Assembly: GCA_964435035.1 (NCBI GenBank)
Contig: CAYSXR010000001.1
Span: 55,259 to 119,258, forward strand
Length of the DNA: 64,000 bases
Source: an uncultured Gammaproteobacteria bacterium
GTDB taxonomy: Bacteria; Patescibacteriota; Patescibacteriia; Magasanikbacterales; UBA922
Direction of reading: 5' to 3'
Part shown: piece by piece, positions 1 through 9,172 of the stretch
How the letters are laid out: each line of letters opens with the position of its first letter
Position numbering within the stretch: the stretch's first letter is position 1
Notes under the pieces: generated by a model
The model's database searches: none
Seen by the model: only the letters and a program-made list of their open reading frames with translations
Told to the model about the DNA's origin: nothing
Program-made: the position numbers and the translations under genes

Positions 1-20
1 TTGAAAGTTGTGGTGTAAAA

Positions 21-1733
21 GTGAGGGCACAAAATGCGGAAAAATCTTGGAGATTCCCAAGTCCCAAATCGCTGCTCAGCGAACTTGAAAAGATAGTTCG
101 TGGGTTTCAAACTGAGTTACTTGCTGATCAGATTCCTGCAAGTATATTTTCAGAAATTGGCAAGGAACAATTTCAAAGATTGACAGGAAATACTCGATGG
201 AAACGGGGAGATAGTGTCGACATACTACTCACACAGTGGCAACAGACAGTAGAAGAACAACCGGAAATAGCGATACTCCCTAGAGGGTATACAGAAGAGC
301 ATTTTCAGGTGCGAGAAGTGAGAAGTGAAAACAGTACACCAAAACGAAACGAAGATACATTGACTGAACTTGAAAAAATGTGGGCGAGCGCAGAAGTGGG
401 CGAGCAGTATACTCCGTTAGCAGAAGCTATTCATCATACATTTCATGTAGATGACGCATATTGGGAACAAAGGAGAGAGGAGCTGATGTCATCTCTTAAA
501 GAATCAATTGAGATATTTTCGCATGAGTTTGAAATGAGTCAGGAAGAATGGCAGCAGGCAATTATGAGTGAGCCAAGTGAACAAAAAAAGTCTATACTTG
601 CAAAAAAACAAAAGGCGCTTGCCAGTGAACGGGGTCGAGCGGGGATGCAAAAGCAGATTGAAGGGCTGCGTAATATGTATGAATCAGCTGTGCGCCTCTC
701 TGAGATTTGGAGCGCTAATATTGATGTAGAAGATACGTACGTAAAAACCATGGAAATTCTATCGCAGATTACTGACCCGAAAGCGTTTAAGATGCTCCGA
801 GAAATGTCCATGGCTCATATCTTAAAAATTGCTCCAGAAGGGTGGAGAGACTCACTCCTCCAACATTTTGGTGGAGACTCTCGTGTAACTGAAACACGTG
901 TGGCTGAGCTTGCTCGCTTCTCGCGCGAGTATCTCTCCGAACATTACCTTGCAAAAAAACAAGATCCGGCACATACGGGACATACCCCATTTTCTTCAGG
1001 TCTTGTGTTTGCACTGGAGCGTGCGTGGCAACAGCAAGAAAGTAGTAAAGGAGAAAAACCGATTGAAAAATTGGCCCAAAAAATCAAACATATTGTTAAT
1101 CCTACAATCGAAAAAACAGATAAGATGATTGGAGTTGCTATGGTGCCAGTCGCTGGGCCTCTGCGTATCTATTCTGGTGATATAGGGGACGCTTGTTATA
1201 CATCACAACATATGGTTCTCGCAAAAGGAGAATGCGTGAGACTTCACTCCTGGATATATGTAACCGGGCGTAGTACGAATCAGGAAACACTACAAGGGTC
1301 ACTCCTTGGAGTACAGACCACTGATGAATTGGGCATCTCGACTCTTGTTGCTCGAGCAAATAATCCACAAGAAAATTTTATCCAAGGATTAGATGGGGAT
1401 GAATTTGTTGTCGAAAGTCTGAAAAAAGTTATTGATACGGCAAGACGATTAAGTAATGAGCGGGTGAAAAATGGCAGGGGAGACAAAAAACAACGTGTGG
1501 TAATTCCAATGGATCCTAGTACTACGTCGTCTACCAATAGACCTGCTGTATCATCATCCTACCACAATCGTTGGAAAACATGTTCCAGGATAGGTTTAAC
1601 ATATGAGCCAGAAACGAATTTCAATGGATATCCAATTTGGAATAAAAATGGAGGAAATCCGTGTGTAATTATTTGGGAGATGGATGAGCAGGGACAGGAA
1701 ACATGGTACGGAGATTGGAAACCAAAAACCTAA
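21..1733 (+). CDS. hypothetical protein (570 aa). Start uncertain (GTG at 21), and the frame is open to the window start, so it may be 5'-partial
   Basis: Long ORF with genome-typical composition. No recognisable motif. Confidence 0.45.
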   Translation: MRAQNAEKSWRFPSPKSLLSELEKIVRGFQTELLADQIPASIFSEIGKEQFQRLTGNTRWKRGDSVDILLTQWQQTVEEQPEIAILPRGYTEEHFQVREVRSENSTPKRNEDTLTELEKMWASAEVGEQYTPLAEAIHHTFHVDDAYWEQRREELMSSLKESIEIFSHEFEMSQEEWQQAIMSEPSEQKKSILAKKQKALASERGRAGMQKQIEGLRNMYESAVRLSEIWSANIDVEDTYVKTMEILSQITDPKAFKMLREMSMAHILKIAPEGWRDSLLQHFGGDSRVTETRVAELARFSREYLSEHYLAKKQDPAHTGHTPFSSGLVFALERAWQQQESSKGEKPIEKLAQKIKHIVNPTIEKTDKMIGVAMVPVAGPLRIYSGDIGDACYTSQHMVLAKGECVRLHSWIYVTGRSTNQETLQGSLLGVQTTDELGISTLVARANNPQENFIQGLDGDEFVVESLKKVIDTARRLSNERVKNGRGDKKQRVVIPMDPSTTSSTNRPAVSSSYHNRWKTCSRIGLTYEPETNFNGYPIWNKNGGNPCVIIWEMDEQGQETWYGDWKPKT

Positions 1734-1759
1734 ATAAACACCATTAACATGATAACTCT

Positions 1760-3097
1760 ATGAATCGAGAAACTGGATATGTCCCACCGGAAGCACGAGA
1801 GCTAAAAAACATTGCCGAACTTGATGAAGATGGGGGGCGAGAAATAGCAGGTTTGGAATCTAAAACAGAACACTTTTCTCATCTTGAGGAGAATGTCGAC
1901 TACCATTTTACCAAAGTAAATGACGCGGTACATTCAGCAAGATCTCTACAAGATTTTCTTATTTTCATCAATCCATCTGGTGGTACTGAAGAACGTATAA
2001 TACACGCACCACACTGGAGATCTTCGACCAAAGATGGTGTACACAGTTCTCTCTCGGTGCGAACAATTGAAAATGGAAAATGGACTACTCATGAAGAACC
2101 ATTTTATTGTGTGAACACCAAAGGTGTGGGTTACCTCAAGCCTACACTCAAAGGTGAAAATATTGAAAATTACGATGTGTGGACAAAACCCGATGAACCT
2201 GAACACAGTTTTGGATACAAAATGTTGGGACTCTCCTCAAAAAAGGAATATGAGACGGGGGATATCATGGCAAAGTCACGTATGCTGATTGAGGAGGGAC
2301 TTCGCACTGAAACCTACTGGGCAATTGCGCGATTAGATGGGGTTTATTTCAAAGGGGATAAAGTATCAGTTGATGAGCTTCGTCAAAAAGAGGTTATTAT
2401 TAAGCGAAAAGACTACCATCCGTATATGGGAGTCCGATTGCTCAAAACAAATGATCGAATCGAAGAAGCTCGTTATGCAGAATCCCGAAGACAAGAAATT
2501 TTTGAACATGCGTTTGAAATTTATAATCAGGAAAATCATGATACTGATCAAAATGCACGAGATCTTGCGATAGAAAAAACAGACGATCAAAAAGAATTTT
2601 TTAAAAGATTTTTTATACGAATGGGGGAGAATATAGCAGTGTTGCTAAACACTGGATATTTTCATTTTCGCCTACATTCGTCAAATATTACGCTTGCGGC
2701 AGAGATAGTAGATATCGGAACTATGTCTCACTGGACCGAAGGGAGAAATGATCCAGCATTTTCAAAAGAGTATAATGGTGTGCGGCGTGCGCATCTCAAA
2801 GATATGCGGGATATGATTCGTGGACTTAAAAAATTACGTGCTGCAGCAAAAGCAGCAGGATTGAAAACAGGTGAGTCAGAAGAATTACAAGTAGCCTTGT
2901 TGAACGGATTTGATAGAAAGTTGGGCACTAAAAAAGTTAGTAGTGTGCAAGAAACTGATCCGGTAAATGCACGAAAATGGCTTGAAGGGATATTTCGAGC
3001 AGTAATTATTGAAGGTAAAAAACTTCCCGCACTTCTGAATGATGATACTGAAGACTATTCAAAAATCGAAAAAACATGGGATATTAAAATCGACTAA
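1760..3097 (+). CDS. hypothetical protein (445 aa)
   Basis: Long ORF followed by a terminator hairpin at 3122-3148. Confidence 0.45.
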   Translation: MNRETGYVPPEARELKNIAELDEDGGREIAGLESKTEHFSHLEENVDYHFTKVNDAVHSARSLQDFLIFINPSGGTEERIIHAPHWRSSTKDGVHSSLSVRTIENGKWTTHEEPFYCVNTKGVGYLKPTLKGENIENYDVWTKPDEPEHSFGYKMLGLSSKKEYETGDIMAKSRMLIEEGLRTETYWAIARLDGVYFKGDKVSVDELRQKEVIIKRKDYHPYMGVRLLKTNDRIEEARYAESRRQEIFEHAFEIYNQENHDTDQNARDLAIEKTDDQKEFFKRFFIRMGENIAVLLNTGYFHFRLHSSNITLAAEIVDIGTMSHWTEGRNDPAFSKEYNGVRRAHLKDMRDMIRGLKKLRAAAKAAGLKTGESEELQVALLNGFDRKLGTKKVSSVQETDPVNARKWLEGIFRAVIIEGKKLPALLNDDTEDYSKIEKTWDIKID

Positions 3098-3121
3098 GAA
3101 AATAGTAGTGTATAGATTATT

Positions 3122-3330
3122 AAAAAACACCCTATTCGGGTGTTTTTTAATGTGTCCATTTGGGATATCCCTCTCGGATACCCAGCAGGCATGTCTATTT
3201 TGGTGCACACCCTCAGTCCAGAATTTTTCATCTACAGTCAACCATGGGCTTTTTCGAGGTAGTTTTAAAGGGTAGGGGAACCCGTCTCGGTCGGGGGTCA
3301 ATTTTTATTAAAATGAGACAAATGAGACAC
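3122..3330. repeat. Dispersed ~200-bp repeat, copy A (begins with the AAAAACACCC-loop-GGGTGTTTTT terminator hairpin; ends with tandem AATGAGACA x2)
   Basis: Near-identical to 13602-13804 over the 3' ~150 bp and related to 11646-11846. The hairpin aaaaaacaccctattcgggtgtttttt lies at 3122-3148. Confidence 0.65.
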
Positions 3331-3332
3331 CG

Positions 3333-3360
3333 CATGACTCTTACTAAGAGTCATGTTTTT
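3333..3360 (+). terminator. Hairpin catgactctt-ac-taagagtcatg followed by TTTTT
   Basis: Perfect 10-bp inverted repeat plus a T-tract, seen directly. Confidence 0.45.
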
Positions 3361-3371
3361 AATACTCAAAT

Positions 3372-3421
3372 TTGACATTGCAAATGAATTGCAGTAATAT
3401 ATATTGAAACTCATTTGCAAT
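3372..3421 (+). promoter_or_regulatory. Consensus sigma70-type promoter (TTGACA-17-TAATAT) overlapped by a 10-bp perfect inverted repeat (ttgcaaatga...tcatttgcaa), a likely operator
   Basis: TTGACA at 3372-3377, a 17-bp spacer, TAATAT at 3395-3400. The IR arms are at 3378-3387 and 3411-3420. The RBS and ATG of the downstream gene are at 3455. Confidence 0.45.
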
Positions 3422-3454
3422 TAGCAAATAAGCACGCAAGGAGAATAAGGAAAC

Positions 3455-3817
3455 ATGTCGCAGGGAAAAACGGCTGTAGTAGAAAAGATCGGCACCTTCG
3501 CAAGTATTCTGTGTCTGATTCACTGTCTAGGGCTTGCCATACTGACTCCTCTGATTCCAGTACTCGGTGTTCTCGCCCACAACGAATGGATCGAAATCCT
3601 GTTCTGGGGTGTGGCACTGGCAACTGCCCTCTGGCAAATCTTCCAGACGTGTGGTTGGTTGAGAATCGTATTTATCGGAGCAAGTATCACGGGAACCGTA
3701 GGACTCGCAATCGATGAGCATCTTCTGCTGCATCTAGGCTTCGCGGGAATCGCGCTGGGGCAAATTGTCCTTTTACAAAGAAGGAAAGCAGCACACACGT
3801 GCTCGCATGATCATTGA
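3455..3817 (+). CDS. Small polytopic membrane protein with CxxxC in TM1 and a His/Cys-rich C-terminus (HTCSHDH). Possibly a metal-ion transport or binding protein (MerC/MerT-like guess). GC about 50%, so atypical for this window
   Basis: About four hydrophobic segments, CLIHC and C-terminal HxCxHxH. GC is much higher than the neighbours. Followed by a GC-rich hairpin at 3822-3858. Confidence 0.45.
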   Translation: MSQGKTAVVEKIGTFASILCLIHCLGLAILTPLIPVLGVLAHNEWIEILFWGVALATALWQIFQTCGWLRIVFIGASITGTVGLAIDEHLLLHLGFAGIALGQIVLLQRRKAAHTCSHDH

Positions 3818-3870
3818 CTAGGGGATCGGGAGCGTCCTAACGCGTTCCCGATCTCTACCTAACTATATTT

Positions 3871-4833
3871 ATGAAAATAGCATTTGTCGGAAAAGGAGGA
3901 AGCGGGAAAAGTACGGTAACGGGACTTTTCTTAAAGTTTTTAACTGAACAGAAAAAGCATTGGCTTTGTATTGATGCAGACATCAATATGCACATGAGTG
4001 GGTTATTGGGTGTAGCGCTTTCCCGAGAAAAAGCATTGTCACTTGAGAGTAATGAAAGGGGTGTAAAAGCATATATCCGTGGAAACAATACTCGTATTAG
4101 TAGTCCTGGACATATCGTTAAAACAACTCCACCGACCAGAGAATCTAATTTTTTATATATCACTCCTACACATGAATTAATTCGTTCATATGCAACGTCC
4201 GTAGGAGAATACGGACATCTGATGCATGTGGGAACCTACGAAGAAGAGGGTATTGGTGAGAGTTGTTATCACACAAATCTAGCAGTGTTTGAAGCTCTTA
4301 TTTCGCATACGATTACCGATGAACAGCATGTTTGTGTCGCAGACATGACCGCAGGAACCGATGCATTTGCCGGGTCACTTCATGCGTCCTTTGATCTGGT
4401 ATGTCTCGTAGTTGAGCCGACTGCCGAAAGCGTGAGCCTGGCTCGAGAATATCTCTCATTGGCTGAGTCAGGAAAAGTTTTGAAATATATCTGCATTATC
4501 GGAAATAAAATCGAAGACGATGAGGATGTTGCGTATATAGAAGCGGAGCTCGGACACAGAGTACTATGCACCATACCATTGCTTAAAAAATTAAAAACAT
4601 TCCGGAGAGAAGGAAAAAATGTATTTGAACTGGATTTAGATGAGAGTATTTTATTTTCTGAAATTATAAAAAAGGCAGCTCAAAACATGGTGAGTATTAA
4701 TGAGCGTCTCAAATTACTCTTTGATCTGCATCGAAAGCACTCCCAAGCTGATTATATTATCAATCGACATGGTGATCTGAGTGTACAAATTGATGAATCA
4801 TTTTCATATACTGATCTGTCGTATGAAAGATAA
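3871..4833 (+). CDS. P-loop ATPase of the MinD/ParA/CooC superfamily (deviant Walker A VGKGGSGKST)
   Basis: N-terminal KGGxGKS[T] motif and a length of 320 aa. Confidence 0.55.
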   Translation: MKIAFVGKGGSGKSTVTGLFLKFLTEQKKHWLCIDADINMHMSGLLGVALSREKALSLESNERGVKAYIRGNNTRISSPGHIVKTTPPTRESNFLYITPTHELIRSYATSVGEYGHLMHVGTYEEEGIGESCYHTNLAVFEALISHTITDEQHVCVADMTAGTDAFAGSLHASFDLVCLVVEPTAESVSLAREYLSLAESGKVLKYICIIGNKIEDDEDVAYIEAELGHRVLCTIPLLKKLKTFRREGKNVFELDLDESILFSEIIKKAAQNMVSINERLKLLFDLHRKHSQADYIINRHGDLSVQIDESFSYTDLSYER

Positions 4834-4837
4834 TCAG

Positions 4838-6250
4838 ATGTTACAGTTATCTCCAAGAATACACTCGCACATTGGGGAATATCTGAGTGACTCTACACGA
4901 GTGCGAAGCGTGTATGAAAAGGCGGGAGGAGCAGTGAATATCGTATTCCCTGAGATTATTGTTGAAAATTATCAGAAATTCAGACAGGTGTGTGAAGAGC
5001 GAGGTGTGAGGCATCAGATCCAATATGCACATAAACCAAATAAATCATCGGCTCTGGTTAGTGCTCTCGCACATATTCCTAGCGCACGGATTGATGTGGC
5101 ATCATCGGGTGAGCTTGAGTCGGCGATTCGCGCAGGATTTGAAGGAATACGAATTTCGGGTGGTGGACCCAAGAACAGACATTATATCTCTTCGTTGATT
5201 AAGGTAGACGCTTCAATTGTCGTGGATAGTATGAGTGAACTCAATGCAGTTATTCAAGAAGTTAAACTGCAACAGAAATGGCAATATCCTGTACTCATGC
5301 GTCTTAATGTGGATAGTATTCTCTCAACCGGTACGGAAAGCAGGTTTGGGATACTCACTCATGAAATCGAAACAGTACTAGAAATCATGGTGAGAGAAAA
5401 AGAATATGTACAGTTTAGAGGGTTTGCTTTTCATATCAATGCAGATGCAAAAAAATTACGGAAACCAATGCTTGAACAAACGCTTGCGTATACCCTGAAT
5501 GCACTTAATCGAGGTCTTCACCCAACAGAGATAAATATCGGCGGAGGATTTGGAGTGAATTATTGCAGCTCGGAAACTGAATGGAATACGTTCACCACTG
5601 CATTAATTGAATCAGTTCAAACGCAGTACAATCATCTGGGATGGAATAAGTCAGGATTAGGATATTGGAGTGAGCAGCGTGTGCTTCGTGGGAGTCCACA
5701 GTTTGCTCCTCAGTATAAAGGAGAAGATCAGTATGAAGAACTCTCCTCGTTTCTTGACGATACAATAGAGAGTTATCGCGCATCTGTAGGAGAGGTGCTT
5801 GCTGATCACATGCTCACACTTGTGATTGAGCCAGGACGTGCACTCCTCGATTCAGTAGGAATTACGGTAACGGAGATCGTGGATAAAAAACATTCATCAT
5901 TCGGTAATAATGTACTTATTGTCGACATGAATCGATCTCAATTGGGAGGGAGTGATCAGATGTATATGGTTGATCCGGTAGTTATTTCCGACGATGAGTC
6001 ACCCAAAGAATACAAGTCATTCGCCACATTTATCGCAGGAAACTTATGTATGAAAAGCGATATGATTGCGAGACGAAAAATATATATGCCCTATGAGCCT
6101 CATTGTGGAGATCTACTCATATTCATAAACACGGCAGGATATTTTATGGATTTTACGGAAAGCCACATGCTCATGCAGCCGATCGCTCCCAAATATGTCG
6201 CATATCTTACCAACGGTGCCTGGGAAAGTATTGAAGATATGAAAATATAA
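4838..6250 (+). CDS. PLP-dependent decarboxylase, Orn/DAP/Arg decarboxylase family 2 (alanine-racemase fold)
   Basis: TIM-barrel N-terminal region and a C-terminal '...FIAGNLCMKSDMIA...GDLLIFINTAGY' pattern typical of DAP/ODC-type decarboxylases. The ATG at 4838 is preferred over the overlapping 4781 start. Confidence 0.5.
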   Translation: MLQLSPRIHSHIGEYLSDSTRVRSVYEKAGGAVNIVFPEIIVENYQKFRQVCEERGVRHQIQYAHKPNKSSALVSALAHIPSARIDVASSGELESAIRAGFEGIRISGGGPKNRHYISSLIKVDASIVVDSMSELNAVIQEVKLQQKWQYPVLMRLNVDSILSTGTESRFGILTHEIETVLEIMVREKEYVQFRGFAFHINADAKKLRKPMLEQTLAYTLNALNRGLHPTEINIGGGFGVNYCSSETEWNTFTTALIESVQTQYNHLGWNKSGLGYWSEQRVLRGSPQFAPQYKGEDQYEELSSFLDDTIESYRASVGEVLADHMLTLVIEPGRALLDSVGITVTEIVDKKHSSFGNNVLIVDMNRSQLGGSDQMYMVDPVVISDDESPKEYKSFATFIAGNLCMKSDMIARRKIYMPYEPHCGDLLIFINTAGYFMDFTESHMLMQPIAPKYVAYLTNGAWESIEDMKI

Positions 6251-6253
6251 TAT

Positions 6254-7588
6254 ATGAAATATACACACATTACGGAAATAATCGGAAACACTCCACTCTT
6301 GGAAATAGATGCTACTATTCATGGAATTCCAAACCTTACTTTATACGCAAAACTCGAATACATGAATCCATTCGGTTCAGTAAAAGACCGTGCAGTGTGG
6401 GGTATGCTTCGGGACGATATTAGTGATCTAAAAGATAAACAGAAAACAATCATTGAAATGTCGAGTGGGAATACGGCAAAAGCAATTCAGGGAATTGCAA
6501 GTACGTTTGGAATACCGTTTAAAACTATTACCAATCGAATCAAGGTGGATGAAGTGAGAGATATTTTACAGATCATGGGAGCCGTGATCGAAGAATTGCC
6601 AGGGAAAAGTGATTGTCATGATCCGAATGACCCAAATGATCCTCTGGTGTATATTCACCGTGAACTCGAACTGGATGCGGACAAGAAGTTTTTTACGTCT
6701 CAGTATAACAATCAAAAAAATTTAGATGAGCATTACCGAACCACGGGAGAGGAAATTATGCGTGACCTTCCGAAAGTGGATTATTATTTCGCAGGACTCG
6801 GCACGACTGGCTCATCTCGCGGCCCGGCATCAAAGATCAAAGAACGTGATCATGATCTAAAGACGATTGGGGTCGTTGCTGCTAAAAATGATTATATTCC
6901 AGGCATTAGAACAAAAGATGAGATTCACGAGGTGGGGTTACTTGATCCTACGTTTTATGAAGAAATTATACCTATAGATTCGCTCAGTGCTCTCAAAGGA
7001 TCACTTCAATTAATACGCAAAGCAGGAGTTATGAGTGGTCCAACAGGGGGAGCGGTATACCAAACTGCAATTGAGTATTTCAAAAAGCATCCGCCCCAAG
7101 AGAAAACAGTAGTGGTATTTATTGTATGCGATCGAGTAGAGTGGTATGTATCATATATCAAAAAACGCATGCCTGAGTTGTGGGGTAATAGTAAAAAACT
7201 ATCATGGAAAGATAGTGGTCTTGAAATCATGTCTCCTAAAGAACTCTCTATCTCTTCTCGTGAATTACATGAGACACTCCATGATCCCTCAGTCATGATT
7301 GTGGATATGCGAACACCACGTGCATTTGCAGCAGCACATATACGGGGTTCGATGAATATGCCCTTTGAGTATCTTGATAGCATGTTTGAGGAAGATGCGA
7401 TGCCTTTTGGAATCGGGAAAAAGATAATTATCGTATGCGCTGTCGGAAGAAAATCGCTCATGGTAACTAATTATCTGAGAAATAAAGGTGTAGACGCACG
7501 ATCGCTTACTAATGGTATTACTGCCTGGAGTATTGAGGGATTTGAGATGTGCAAAACAGATCATGAAGCTTGTGTGCGATCAGTTTAA
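6254..7588 (+). CDS. Fold-type II PLP enzyme (cysteine synthase/CBS-like) fused to a C-terminal rhodanese domain
   Basis: N-terminal IGNTPL...KLEYMNPFGSVKDR (PLP-lysine motif) and C-terminal AHIRGSMN...IVCAVGRKS (rhodanese CxxGxR active-site loop). Confidence 0.55.
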   Translation: MKYTHITEIIGNTPLLEIDATIHGIPNLTLYAKLEYMNPFGSVKDRAVWGMLRDDISDLKDKQKTIIEMSSGNTAKAIQGIASTFGIPFKTITNRIKVDEVRDILQIMGAVIEELPGKSDCHDPNDPNDPLVYIHRELELDADKKFFTSQYNNQKNLDEHYRTTGEEIMRDLPKVDYYFAGLGTTGSSRGPASKIKERDHDLKTIGVVAAKNDYIPGIRTKDEIHEVGLLDPTFYEEIIPIDSLSALKGSLQLIRKAGVMSGPTGGAVYQTAIEYFKKHPPQEKTVVVFIVCDRVEWYVSYIKKRMPELWGNSKKLSWKDSGLEIMSPKELSISSRELHETLHDPSVMIVDMRTPRAFAAAHIRGSMNMPFEYLDSMFEEDAMPFGIGKKIIIVCAVGRKSLMVTNYLRNKGVDARSLTNGITAWSIEGFEMCKTDHEACVRSV

Positions 7589-7589
7589 T

Positions 7590-8177
7590 ATGTACAGATT
7601 GATCACAAAGATCATAGAGAACACGAGACAGCGAATATATACAAAAAGACGTAAACGCTTTGCATCTTTTTTCAATCTTTCCTCTGCTCATTCACTTTTG
7701 GATATTTCCTGTGGCAATGGCGATGAATTGAGGGCACTCCATATAGCTGCTCCGAATATCCAGTTTCACGGTATAGATATGTCAAAAAGCTGTATCAATA
7801 AGGCAAAAGAAAAATACCCCTGGTGTTCGTTTACCGTCGGGTTAGCCGAGGCTCTGCCGTATGGAAAGAGTCGATTCGACGCCATCCTTTCCTGCATGGC
7901 ACTACATCACTACCAAAAACCTGTAGAAGTGTATAAAGAAGTAGCTCGAGTAATGTCTCTAGGTGGGTCATTCTATATTATAGACACCATACCATCAGGG
8001 AGAATATTCCAATGGTTGTATAATCTGGATGCATGTGATGAACCGTATCATTTTGAAAGGTATTGTACTGAGTATGATATACAAAAATTTGCAGAGAGTG
8101 CAGGATTGTATGTTACGAGTATAGTACCTATGAGAAAATTTGATTCAACCAAAATAGTAACACTGCGGAAACTGTAA
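7590..8177 (+). CDS. Class I SAM-dependent methyltransferase
   Basis: LDISCGNGDE (motif I) and a methyltransferase type-11-like layout. The ATG at 7590 lies just after the upstream stop. Confidence 0.5.
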   Translation: MYRLITKIIENTRQRIYTKRRKRFASFFNLSSAHSLLDISCGNGDELRALHIAAPNIQFHGIDMSKSCINKAKEKYPWCSFTVGLAEALPYGKSRFDAILSCMALHHYQKPVEVYKEVARVMSLGGSFYIIDTIPSGRIFQWLYNLDACDEPYHFERYCTEYDIQKFAESAGLYVTSIVPMRKFDSTKIVTLRKL

Positions 8178-8335
8178 TTGAACGTAAATGCTATGATATA
8201 CTGTATAAATCTCTAACAATTTTTTATGTGCATGGGGTGTGATCTTATAAAACAAGAAATTGCACAAGGTCCGTCGACCATAAGGTAGCTCCCGTAGGGT
8301 ATTCAAATGAAAAGAGAATAGATAAACCTTGTAGT

Positions 8336-9097
8336 GTAATAGTTGACCCAGAGAGAATGCATACCGTAAGGCAAATATTTGAGAAAGTTGCGTACGAAGG
8401 ATGGAGTGGAAGAAAGGTGTATCTGTGGCTCAAGGAAATTAATTTCAAATCAAGAACAGGGAAATATATTACCGTCTCAAATTTATTCACGATTCTCAAA
8501 AACACCTTTTACTATGGTGTTTTTGAATATCCGACCGGGAGTGGCACATGGTACACCGGCAAATATGAATCACTGATTACAAAAGAGTTATTCGACAGAG
8601 TACAGCAGGTACTCAAAGAACATCAAACTAATGCAACCATGAAGAAGAACAAAGAATTCGCATTCACCAGAATGATGACCTGTGGAAATTGTGGTTCAGG
8701 AATCACTGCTGATGAAAAATTCAAACATCAGCAGAATGGGAATGTACATAGGTATGTATATTATGTATGTACGAGGAGTAAAGACCAAAACTGTAGGGGA
8801 GTGAGTATGAATGAAAATGAGGTGATAAAGCAACTAATTGAGATAATAGATAAGGTGAGTCTAGATAAATTAGGAATCAAGCAGAAGCTTGAAGCTGAGT
8901 TGGATCGGTATAGTCAGTTTAGGTATGCAGTGCTTGGGTTAGAGGAGAAGGAATTAGAGAAAAAGAAAGGTGTAGATATGAAGAAGTATGCAAAGTATAT
9001 ATTAGAAAAAGGAGGAGTTCAGGAGAAAAGAGAGTTATTTTTTAATATTAAGAATAAACTAGAATTAAAAGAAAATAAGATAATTTTGAAAACATAA
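8336..9097 (+). pseudogene. 5'-truncated large serine recombinase: recombinase domain, zinc ribbon and coiled-coil are present, but the N-terminal resolvase catalytic domain is absent
   Basis: ERMHTVRQIFEKVAYEGWSGRKVYLWLKE...ILKNTFYYGVFEY matches the recombinase domain. CGNCGS...YYVCTRSKDQNCRG matches the zinc ribbon. The frame is closed by a stop at 8333 with no catalytic Ser domain upstream. Confidence 0.55.
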
Positions 9098-9172
9098 ATA
9101 AGAACTTCTTATAGTCAACTTTGATTGACCAGACTGGTAGGGCGTAGTAGAATCCAGAGTATAATATAAGAT

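Noticed and set aside
3122-3330. Whether the dispersed repeat is a tmRNA, tRNA, RNase P or SRP RNA gene. 'cggacgggggtcaa' superficially resembles a tmRNA or tRNA T-arm
   Set aside because: No complementary CCCCC strand, no acceptor-stem pairing, and no CCA-ending cloverleaf could be drawn on either strand. The multiple divergent copies also argue against a single-copy housekeeping RNA.
3415-3798. Overlapping ORFs 3415-3717(+), 3520-3798(-) and 3527-3733(-)
   Set aside because: They lie inside the high-GC membrane-protein gene, have no RBS, and their hydrophobicity pattern supports only the 3455-3817 frame. Such ORFs are typical spurious products of GC-rich DNA.
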